Positions 14,068 to 25,267 of a stretch of 64,000 nucleotides of DNA are shown here, piece by piece. The DNA is from Geosiphon pyriformis uo1 (taxonomy: Eukaryota; Fungi; Glomeromycota). Made by a program: the position numbers and the translations under genes. The DNA lies in contig JAAOMT010000571.1 in assembly GCA_016748015.1 (NCBI GenBank), forward strand, positions 809,095 through 873,094, written 5' to 3'. A model generated the notes under the pieces. It had not been told where the DNA came from. It did no database searches and was given only the letters and a program-made list of their open reading frames with translations. The first letter of the stretch is position 1. The number at the start of each line of letters is the position of its first letter.

Positions 14068-17000
14068 CTACGCAGCTATATGTACCAAAACAGAATCACC
14101 AACACCAGAAAAGAAAAAACATTGTTTACGAAAGCCAAAACAAACACCAAGAGCTTCAATCACACCAAGTAGCCTAATGACGCCAGTTGAAAACCTAGAA
14201 GCTGAGCCAGAGACCGAGATAGGAACTAAACCATCAAGTGGAATAAGATTATTTTTTTCTATGAATGCACGATGCTTAACCCAAACCAACCAAATATTAT
14301 TCCTAAAAGCAAAACTAAGAGAATGCACAAACTCAACAATATTCGAACTAGCAACCTTGTGAGATTTGAAAACAGAGGCAGCTTCACAAAGTCATTCACT
14401 AAAAACAAATCCTTTAAAGAGAGCCATAAATACAGAGACATCAAAAGCACAAAAAGACAACAATTGCAGCACGCAGAAAGAAGAAAAAAACAGGTCAGAA
14501 AGCACTCTCCAAGATTTCGAACATGTATCTAGTATTTGAAGCTGTGCAAAGTCATCAACCTTACAAGAAAAAGCATGATCTGATGTCTCTACCTTACCAC
14601 AATATAAGCACAATACACTGGGGTATCTTCTGTTATATAGGCGTTTACAAACAGCAACAGGCAGCTGGTGGTGCAATGTCTTCATGAAAAAACTGTGCAC
14701 ATCTGCTGTGGGCTTGCTAGTGTGGCCAGTGGCCATGTGTGAATCAGGATGCCATACCAGTGAAAAGCAGGACCAATCAACGTCCACGAACAAACTGGCA
14801 GGCAGAAATTTAGAACCAGAACCAACTTTCCAGTGCACACGACTGACGGAACAAAAAATATCGCAAACAAAATGCCTAGAATTGCCAGAAACAGCCCCAC
14901 CGTTTGCCAACAAAAAGCACGCATGCAATTGAGAAGGAAAGAACCAGCCTAAGTGAGAAGAAGCCCCAGCTATAGCATCAGCACGTTCATTTCCAATCAC
15001 ACCAGAGTGACCTTTCACTTTGTGCCATTCAACCATCAAATTTTTGCCACGAATAACATTTACAATATGCTGGCATTCAACCCAACAACAATTGGATGCA
15101 CCAGACCCAATTTTGACTTGCAGGCATTCAAAGCAGCTTGACTATCAGAGAACAGACAAACAAAACTAGAACGGAGGACACACTCCAGTGCCAGTGCAAT
15201 AGCTTGCATTTTCACCAAAGTAGAAGACAACAGACCCAAAACTCCAACATTCAAACCCAGATCAATGTCACTGAAAAAAACTCCAGCCTCAGCCACACAA
15301 TTCTCGGTACCAAGGTTTGTTAGAAACCCATTCATATAAACAGAAATGCTACTAGAAAGAACTTGGGAAAGCCGATCACGAACCAACACAAAGCCAGAAG
15401 AGGCGAGAATACTCTGAAGACCCACATCAACCAAAGCAGGAGAAGGGGCACAAGGAGAAAACATACCAGACAGGAACTCGACAGAAAGCATAAACCACTC
15501 AGGAGTCAGGCCATGAAGGTCCAACCTCTTCCACCACTTGAATTTGTACCAGTTAAACACAGCACCATGACGATCACAGAGTTGGTCAACAAAGGCAATG
15601 TCATATTACCAGAGTGAAGGAAGGAACCTGACAAATCTAGACTCACCGAGAACGGTAAACATGAGTATTCCACCACAAAGCCAAAATGGACTATCAAAAA
15701 AACCACTCAAAGACAAATTGCAATCAAGGAGAACACAAATGACCTCCACTAAGAAGTTATTTAAAGGGCTGACTCGAACATGAACAGGAACACTCAAAGG
15801 ATGAACAGGATGCCAGCACAAAACTTGTAAGTCATGAGACCTGTGGGAGAATAGGCGACCCAGAATTCCCACTGAGTTTGCAAAACAAATAAGGGAGGCG
15901 ACTTTACTCTCCGATTGAATCTGGGTAAAAGATTTCAACCCATAGAATAAAAGGTGATGGATCATGTCACTAGAAAAATTAAGAGATAATCTGGACTTGG
16001 ATTTCAAGCTCTTGTGAATCAAAGCATCCCACTTATTACACACACTGACAGGAACAAAACTAAACTGAGTCCTATAGCCGATGATGGGGTGGAGGACAGC
16101 TAACACTAAATATAGAAATTGTTTGTCCGATACAGCTTTTCTTAGAACCAAGTTGATAAAAAAACGAACATCTGAATGTGTCTTTGCCAGGCTGGGCTTT
16201 GACAGTCCTTCAGATGACACAAAGATACCCAGATAACAATGTAATTTGCCTGATTTAGCTATTAAAATAAGGGACCCACTGATGAAAAAAAAAGATGCAC
16301 TGGCACAGCTATTAATTGGAATGGCCACTGTCTTATCATTATTAATAGAAATATCATTGATGCGGAAAAATTCACTAGTCACATTAAGAATGTGTTGAGT
16401 GGCAGTCTGACTGCTATCCACTCAGATTGTATTGTCCACAAAAGCACCAGCAGCAAAAAAAGACAACAAACCAGCCTGAGACTCCACACGGCCCGTCTTA
16501 GCAATGAAATGAGAGTTTAACCTGTAACCACACACACTTTCCTGCCTCTTAACTTCGCACAAGAGAGAATCGTAAAATATATGCCAAAGAAGAGATGAAA
16601 ACACTTCCCCTTGGTTCAAGCCATTGTGTACATGATAACCATTCATCAACCCAAAATCAGTCATAACCCAGTTGGTGCGACCACCATGAATATTTCCAAA
16701 AAACCTAATAAATCTGCAGCACATTTTTATTCTAACCAAACTTTTCTTAAGATGAACCCAACCGACCGAGTCATATGCTTTTTGCATGTCTTGTAAAACC
16801 AGCCAGAACTCCCGGTTTTTTTCAAGAGCATCCTCGATCACCGAACCAATCGCAAAAATGGGAGACTGAGTTGTAGTGCCTTTAAGAACTGAAAAATTGT
16901 CCTCACAAAAAATGTCAAACTTGCTACATGCCAAAAAGATCCTATCAGAGAGAATTTTGGAAAGAATTTTTCGAGCTGTTTCAATCAGAGCAATAGGACA

Positions 17001-18746
17001 AGTGTTTGTAAGCATGTCCTCCCATTTATAAGGTTTGGGAATCATCGACACCCAGGCTTCCTTCCAAGCACCGGACACAGACTTACCACAAAAACAAGAA
17101 TTAATAAGCACCAAGAGCATATCAAGAACAGATTTGTCACAGTGCTTCCAAAATTCATTGGAGATGCCTGAGAGACCAGCAGCCTTCTTGTTAGATAGGT
17201 CAGAGACCATGCCAGACATCTTATCAAAACTAACACAGCTTATCACATTTGAAAAAGCGCTGTCAAACACGTAATCCAAAGGCCAATATTAGCGAGACCA
17301 ATTTCCCGGAATATCAAGAACCACTCCACATTTACGAGTCCACCTCTTCATAATCTCATCCACTTTTTTTTTAACAAGATCAGGTTCCAAATACAGCTCA
17401 TCACCAATGACCAAATGATCCAAAACCATCTTGTGGAAAGGCCTCTCCAAGACACTTCTAATAGTATGATTCTTATTAGATTCAAAGCTCTCCATCTTCT
17501 TATCAATAGCAGATCTGATTTGTGAATCTTTAGCACATTTTGATTCCGACAACTTTGAGGCACAATAAGACTTCCTGGCTTTGAACAGAGCTGAACAAAT
17601 GTTGTCAAAAGGAGACCTTGAGAGAAAAAGAGATCTCACTACAGTAGCACCAGCAGAATCAAGCAATTCCCAAGTATCAAGCAGCAATACGAACACATCA
17701 CAATCAATTGAATGGGAAGCCTTGACCAACTTGGACACCAAAAGTTCTAACTTATGGAACCTGGACGAATGCTTAGTGAAAATGCCGTCATAACTTTTAA
17801 ACCATTTTTTCCTGAAAACTTCGCTCGCCGAAAAGCTCATTGTTTTCCGAACAGCATCCCACATCACATCCAAATCCAACAGTTTCCTGGTGGCCAAGAA
17901 ATCATCAGAGAACATGGCAGCATTTACTGCCATGGTCTCTCTGAATCTCAACCACAAGGCAACACCAGCATCCTTAAAATTGTACTTCCAATGATCCCTA
18001 TTGGCCTGCTTGCAAACAGAACACAAATGTGTATCCAAGAGACCACCTAAACCAATCAACACAGAGATGGCATGATGGTCAGTATCAAAGAAATCGGACA
18101 CATCCAGAACATCATGATCCACAATAGCATTGACCAAATTGGGAGACACAAAAAGATAATCAATTGTTTTTGTCACACTTTGGGAATTACTCCATGTTGA
18201 AACTTTCACAAACAGACTACTGACAAAAGAGTTGACCAGACCCAAGCTACCACACTTTCTGAAACTGGCACTTCTATGCAAACTATTTTCATTGAAGTCA
18301 CTACCTAAGACCACAAAGAATGATTTATTCACAGCACTAGTGATCAAAGCATTCATGTCATTGGCCTAAGAAAAGTGCACCAAAGCTGATGCACCAGCAT
18401 ACAGACCCAAAATAGAAACTGAAAGTTTATTTCTAAAAAGCAACTTAACAGAAATAAAACGACCAGGGACCTCAGAAACTTTGCACACATGCTTGGCCAG
18501 AGAATTGTTTATAACAATCACCACCCCAGAACCAAGATGACCAGAATTCAAACCAGAAATGAAGACCTGAACACCATCGAATTTGCTAGCAATCCAAGGC
18601 CGAACCTTATTTTTTAACTTTGTCTCAGTAACAATTGAAACTAAATTGTTCCTATCTCTGTGCCAACGTATAATGTCCTCTTGCTTTGCTGAATTGTTCA
18701 TTCCCCTGACATTACACATGGCTATTTTTCATACCAAATCATTCAT
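14068..18746 (-). pseudogene. LINE C ORF2 (apurinic endonuclease, reverse transcriptase, RNase H, C-terminal CCHC-like)
   Basis: Consecutive ORF-track fragments broken by TGA/TAG/TAA stops at W/Q/R codons. Confidence 0.92.
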
Positions 18747-20580
18747 TGAGGTACAAAAGAGACTGCAGAACTCGAGCCAGCACACATCTGATCTAACTTC
18801 TTCAATACCAAACAAACCGAAGCTTCAAGAGCCACCAACTTTGACTCCAAGCAGCCCACTTTTGAAATCAAAATTTTTGAACTACTTGAACCCAAACTTG
18901 AGGCACCAGAGGAAACTGAAAAAGAAGGAATAACCACAGAATCAGATTCATCCAAAACCATATCCGAACCAAATTTCATATCAACCAAACCAGGAGCAAC
19001 TAAGGGCTAAGAAAAGAAGATGAGAGCCAAAGGCACCAGGCTCAAACTGTCAAGTTTGTCAATAATACCAGACACCTTATCCATGAGAAGTTCCAAAGAG
19101 CACTCCAAAGAAGCGAGACGAGTTTCCAAAATTGAACTAACAGGACCTGTAAGAGACGAGTGACCAACCAAATCTGAAGTGCCAGGAGAAGAGCCAAAAC
19201 CAGGACCAGAACCAAAGTGAGAACCATTAGATGAAGATACTAAAAAGACAATCTGGGCCCATGACTTGCCGCCGAATGCAGCTAGTCTGGAAATAGGCAC
19301 ACTCTTTTTCGCATATAGCTTGGCCAACTGGAGGCAGTTCTCATTAAAGACAATCTTTTTAAATGACTTGGAAAGTTTAAGAGAATGTGAGATCTTAGCA
19401 TCACACTCCAGAACAGAATGACCAAGTTTCCCATACCGTTCACACTGAGCCAGGTCCAATCTAGCCCAAAAAAGTTTCACCCCATCAAAAACAGGCTCTG
19501 TATGAAACACAGACTCCAAATTCTTGTCATTCTTAAAACAAACCACAGCACAATGAACTTTATTACCAGTGTTTAAGGATTGATTTATGACACAAGTTTT
19601 CTCACCAGCCCCTGCCAAAAGATCGCCAAGATCATAAGTCGTTGTTCCTACCGGCAAAGTAAACAAAAGCACCCTATACCGATCTCTAGATGCCCACGTC
19701 TCATGATTCTTCACAGCTTTGGCCACATGCACAGAATCTTTCCCAATTAAGAATGACCACTTAGCTGCCAACTGATCTGCCTGACTCAATTCGGCAAACT
19801 CCACCACAGCCTTCTACTACAGCCCAATGAGTTGCAATCGGATTGACACCACTTGACCAAATTCGGACATTGCGGTGATGATTATTTTCTTTGGCGTATC
19901 CATAAGAATTTCCTTGATGACTATGGCCTGATCTGAACAAATTTCTTGTCTCTTAAGATCGCTGTTTACCACGATGTCATTTTCTCTGGCCAATAAGGTG
20001 GTCTTTTCTATGCTTGCTTTAGAGGTAAAGATAGATCTGATGATCTCTTTAAATTTTGAAGAGGTAGTGGCCCCCCCAAAACCATTGATTCTTGAAAATA
20101 ATTTTCTTATGGCATGAGTTTTGGCTGTTGCCGATTTCCCTTCCACAGCCGAAAGATTGATGTCCAAAGCAAAAGATTTTTTTACAGCCACTTCCACCTG
20201 AGTTTTAATGATTTTGGGATCAATTCACACCTTATCCAAAGAAAAAGACTTACATGGGAGAAAAAAAACCTCCTTTTTTTCCTCCATGTCGAAATTAATA
20301 GAGCTAAGAGGGGAGTCAACAATTGCACTATTATTGAAACGCTTGGCTTGGGGTGTATTCATCTTGAAATTGGATACTTCTTTACCTTCGGAAGCCTTCC
20401 CATCAGTATCCATGCTATTAAACTGCTCGACCACTTGACCAGATCCACTACCTTTGAGAACCATACCATTATTTGATAGCTTAGCACCACCAGGAGGTTT
20501 CTTGACCTTATAACTTGAATTACTACTAACTGAACCAGAAATTGGAACTCTGGATGACTTTCTTTTAGCACCAGTACCAC
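18743..20580 (-). pseudogene. LINE C ORF1 (RRM-like core, CCHC knuckle, C-terminal Leu heptads)
   Basis: SFALDI..AIVIKEI..VVEF core shared by all copies; degenerate CxxCxxxGHxxxxC; RLASLECSLELL heptads. Confidence 0.85.
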
Positions 20581-20799
20581 TTATGAGAGCAGTCAGGTCA
20601 ATAACAAAAAGATTTGTTTCTTGTAAAGTGATGGAAGACAGTATGAAATAGCAGAAAAAACTTCTTTTGAAATACGCTTTTTTTGAGAATTTTTAGGAAG
20701 TAAGAGAGAAAGAAGTTTTTTACAATTTATTTTATAGCTTTTATTAATATAGTGCTTAAATTTTTACATAGTAATTAGATATATAAGTTGAATTATCAC

Positions 20800-21390
20800 T
20801 AATATTTACTTTTATTACATAAAAACTATTTATTACTAGTTGTTTATAATTGTTTATAAGCATTTGTATAATAAATATTATTGTTATTATGTTTATTTAA
20901 TATTATAATATATATTGCTTTATATAAAAGTTTTGTTTTTAGAATTTGGTATTTAAAATTTTTTTCTGTTTTTAAAAACTCTAAAATAATAGTTAATAAG
21001 ATTGTAAACTTTGTGTATAGTTTAAACTTAACATACAGAAACAATATTTAGTACATATATTCTAAATATTAAGTAATTATAGAAAAAAGAAATTTAATTT
21101 TATTAAATAATTTAATATTTCTTTTTATTAGTAGTTTCTTAAATATATTATCAAAAAATATAATTAGATTGCTTAATATTATTAAAATATTAAATATTGG
21201 CTTTAATATATATGTTATATATTTATTTTATTTTAGTATTAGCAATAGTATTAGTGTTTATATAGAGACTTAATATTATTTTAACTGGTTTAAATAGCTG
21301 ATTATGTATTTAATACATGATTTATGTTTAGTTTAAATTATTTAGTTTAATATATAATATAAAATAGTGTTTGAATCTTTATTAAATATA
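20800..21390 (+). mobile_element. Near-erased LINE 3' relic
   Basis: 21270-21380 aligns with the LINE 3'UTR at 9680-9790, and 20830-20880 resembles the LPVAVxKRLY-coding segment, with almost all C/G lost. Confidence 0.65.
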
Positions 21391-22456
21391 TATATTTAAG
21401 TTTTTTTATAAAAAAATAACAAAAAATTTATTTAATTTAAATAAATTTATTAAAAATATATTTTTTATTTAAATTGTTGTTTAAAAAAAAAAAAATACAC
21501 AAAATTTGTTTTTATTGTTTAATTTAAAATAGTTTTAATTAGTTTAAATAGTTAAGTATATATTGTTTTTAATATAATTTATGATTATATATAATATTTA
21601 ACTTAGAAATAATTTTAAACAAAGTTATATTTTATTATTATTATTATATAAATACAATTTAATTACTATTTATTTTGGTTATATTTATAATATAAACATA
21701 AAATAATAATAATAATTATAATAATAAAATTTATATTAATTTAAAAAAAATATATAATAATTAAAATTTCAGATTTTAAAATTTAAAATTAATATTTAGT
21801 AAATTTATTTATTAAATATTTAAAAATATTTTGGTTATTATTCTTAAAAATTTTTTATAGTTAAAAACTATTTAAATAAAAAACTAATTAACAAAAAAAC
21901 CAATGTCTTATTTTTTAAAAAAAAATAATAATTTCAAAACAACAATAATAATACAAAAATCAAGTAAATTTATTAATATTAAATATTTTATTTATGTAAA
22001 TTTTGTGTTATTTTTAAATTATTTTATTAGTTTTTAACCAAATTAATCTATTTTTTTATTATTAACTTACCAAGCTTTAATCAATTTTGAACTTTTAAAA
22101 ATCTTCCAAAACAACAATTATTATTATTATTATTATTACATAAACAAAGTTCATAATTATTTAGTTAACAGTTCTATTTATTTTTTAAAAAAGGGCAATT
22201 GAAGAAGAAAGGCATAAATGTCCCAAGTTATCATCATATAAAGAATTCAACCTTGGAAATTTAAACATCTGGGCTTTTCACAGGTATTTAATCGTCTTAG
22301 CACTTCAATATGAAATCACGCACTTTTAAATTTCTTCGCTCTAGAATTTCCGGGTTTTTGTGCTATATATATTTTCTCTTCAATTGACCAGTCTGGTTCC
22401 TCGGAAAAGATTTAGTTTTTACCTTAAAAAATTTATTTGACACCACTTCTACCATA

Positions 22457-24979
22457 ATGAGTGCCGAAAGACGCGAGAAACGAACAAGACATTCAGTGGA
22501 CTTGGCCATTTCTTTGTCACAAGCTCCGAAACCCACTTCTTCAAAATTTCATGAACCCACTCAAGAAGCCAGAAAAAAGAGAAGAAAAACGTATGCTGGC
22601 AGAGATTTGACGGAAAACCCACAGGGCATTCAAGCTGAGAAAGTATTAACCACAAGTGAACAAAAGTCAATTCCACGCAAAGAGACTAGAGCCTGCAAAA
22701 ACAAGGTTCCAATTCGGCTTGAAGAACCGGCTTTAGAATCGCTCTCGTCTTCGACCAATTCCAAAATATTTAAAAACATCCGAGCGGTTTCAACAAATTC
22801 TCACAAACATAATACAAAGATAAAGGTTTCCATGAGTACCGAATCAGGGGAGGATGAACTCAATGTTACATTAGAGACGAATACTGCACGAATTAAGGGA
22901 AAATCAAGGGCTAAATTTGTGAAGGTGGAAATGAAATTGGATGAGGAAGAAGGGAGAGAAGCATATTCCTCAACTATTCCCGCAGGTTTAATTGAGGAAT
23001 CCTCTTTAAAAATTAACATAAGGAAATTGAATAGGATGACTAAACCAAATTTGATGGATTCGTCTTATAAGAATACAAACACAAGAGGGTGTGCTTCAAT
23101 CTATATAGTCAGTTCCAAATATTCCATTTAGGTATTAATTTTTCACGAATCCTCGATAGAAATGATATCCACGATGATCCTCGCCTCCTGCCAACAGTTG
23201 TTTGGGTAAAGGAAAAAGAAGGGGCAGGTTGGTGGCCCGCTGAAGTAAGTTAATACAAAATTTCTTTTCTAGTTCTTTTTGTCCATTATATTAATAATTA
23301 TTTTGTCTTAGATTATTAGTGAAGATAAATCACAATTTCCACTTCTCGTGAAAAAATTTGGGAGAATTATTCCCAAGTGAGCTTTGTTTAATTATATATA
23401 AAGTATTTCCGGTTTTGATTGTGATTTTTGATTTTCTATAAATGGATTTTTTGAAGCATTATTGAAGTCCCAGTCACGTCCAGTGAATGGATTTTACCTT
23501 TCAATCATGAACTTGCACCCGATTTTCGGGCAGCAGGGGAAATTTCTGATCTCCAAGGACTTTTCGCTAAAGCGATGGAGCTTGCCCTCGAAAAAGATGC
23601 TCAGGAAAATGATGGGCTTCCTGATGAGGATTGGGCCATTCAAAAAGTACCCACAACGCCCATTGTCACAAAATTAAAAAAACCCGTGACGTCAAAAATC
23701 AGCAACAACCGAGGTTTGAATTTTAGCTCGCATATTAATTCTTAAGTAAATTTATCCAACTTCTCCCAACTCAGGTGACCGTAGCGCGAGTCCTATCTCT
23801 CCAGTGAAAATTGATCAACATGATAAGGATAGCAATTTTTTTGATCGCGGGTAGGTTTCCCACCTCCTTGAATTTCTTCTATCAAACCTTTCTGATTGTT
23901 TTTGATAGTATAATACGTTCGCGTCAGCCCAGAATAGGCATATCCGAAAGGGATAATACGTGAGGAATTTTTCTGATTTCGTGATTTTTTCTCGATTTTG
24001 CATCTAATCTTAATCCTGAATACGTGAGACGATATAGTTTGAAAATTCCCGGAGAACTCGTATTGGTACGTAGCACTCTTCATCGGAGAATCGTTAAATA
24101 TTATCCTGGACGAATAGAAGCTTTTATTGAGGTAATTCCTATTATTTGACTAAATTACGCCTTGATTTCTCCTGCCACAATATAATATATTTTAATGCGG
24201 GTAGCCGGACAAATACGAAATTGAATACTGCGACAAATCACATAAAATTTGCGGAAGAAAAGATTTCTTCACCTCAATGGATTCAGAATTTACCACATGC
24301 GAGGTTTATGACTCAATGATTTTCGAGTTGAAAAAAAGTTTTAAGGTACCATGCTAATCAGAGCTATTACCTCATTCGAAAGTTAGGGGAATGGGAGCAA
24401 GAAAAAGAAGACCCAAACTATGATGATCCATCGGTTCGCGAGAGAGTTCAACAATTGCGGCCAATTTTGGAGCGAGTTGCGATCGGCAAAGAGCAATTGT
24501 CTTGGAGATACAACGATTTTGTGGAAGGTGGAAAATCAAGACGACTTTTGGCAGAAAATGTTGGTCGTGGTCCATTTGACCTCAACGAATTCGGTCTCAT
24601 ATTTAGAATTTTGCGGGCAATGTTTGTACCAGAAGTCACCCAGTCTATTGTAAAGGCTTCAGCCCCAACACATAATCGTTTCAAAAGAAAGCGACCTCTT
24701 CCAGCCTCATACAATTCTCATCCATCCATTATATTGAGCTCTAATGAACCTGGGATCCCATTTTTAAGTTATTCTTCTGACCTCAAACTTCGATTTGTGA
24801 ATGATGTTCTTATACCTGAGACTATCATAAGGCTCATAATGGATCAGGAACATGTGTCATACAAGGACGCGGATGCCTTGATGCTAAATGGTTATGAAGA
24901 GGTAGGATGGGTGGACAGAATAATGGCGATACGTAATTCTTTCCTTTCCGGAAAGGAAAGTTTAGGTCAAAAAAATTAA
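22457..24979 (+). CDS. Uncharacterised PWWP- and Tudor-like domain protein (probable chromatin reader), 9 exons
   Basis: In-phase GT-AG exon chain: basic disordered exon 1 (22457-23088), VVWVKEKEGAGWWPAE|IISED..LVKKFG (PWWP-type), LKIPGELVLVR..YYPGRIEAFIE|PDKYEIEYCD..RKDFFTSMDSEFTTCE|LG (second Royal-family-like barrel), then a helical C-terminal exon ending 24979. Confidence 0.75.
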
Positions 24980-25116
24980 AATAGTTAACGTCCCTTTCCC
25001 AAAGTACTTTTAACAGTTAAAAGAATATTTCATATATTAAGGTGTCGTTAAAAAATGTTCAAAGTTGATCAAATTGGTTTTAAATACTAAAATTGTATAT
25101 GCACATTAAGAAAGTT

Positions 25117-25188
25117 GGCTTGGTGGTCTAGTGGTATGATTCTCGCTTAGGGTGCGAGAGGTCCCGGGTTCAATTCCCGGCTAAGCCC
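25117..25188 (+). tRNA. tRNA-Pro (anticodon AGG), intronless
   Basis: Cloverleaf with GGCTTGG/CTAAGCC acceptor stem, CTCGC-TTAGGGT-GCGAG anticodon arm and GGTTCAATTCC T-loop, followed by a TTTT Pol III terminator. Confidence 0.97.
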
Positions 25189-25267
25189 TAAACTTTTCAC
25201 GAATTTTAAAGCTCAAAGCGAAAGGCTTTAAGTTTTAAATTCTTATTTTACACAAACATACATAGAT

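Larger units (their letters stand above)
13933..20721 (-). mobile_element. LINE copy C, full length, pseudogenised (ORF1 + APE-RT-RNase H-Cys ORF2)
   Basis: APE motifs CNVRG/TETK/DFN/IDYL/DTDH, RT motifs PIALIETARK and QGEVFS..FVD(N)T, RNase H KVKGHSG..GNERAD, CLYCGKVETSDH. Poly-T at the 3' end. Confidence 0.95.

Noticed and set aside
13922-20745. TSD TAGCTTTTATT for LINE C (13922-13932, 20735-20745)
   Set aside because: It is low complexity and offset from the 5' end by extra bases. Plausible but unsupported. No convincing TSD was found for A, B, D or E.
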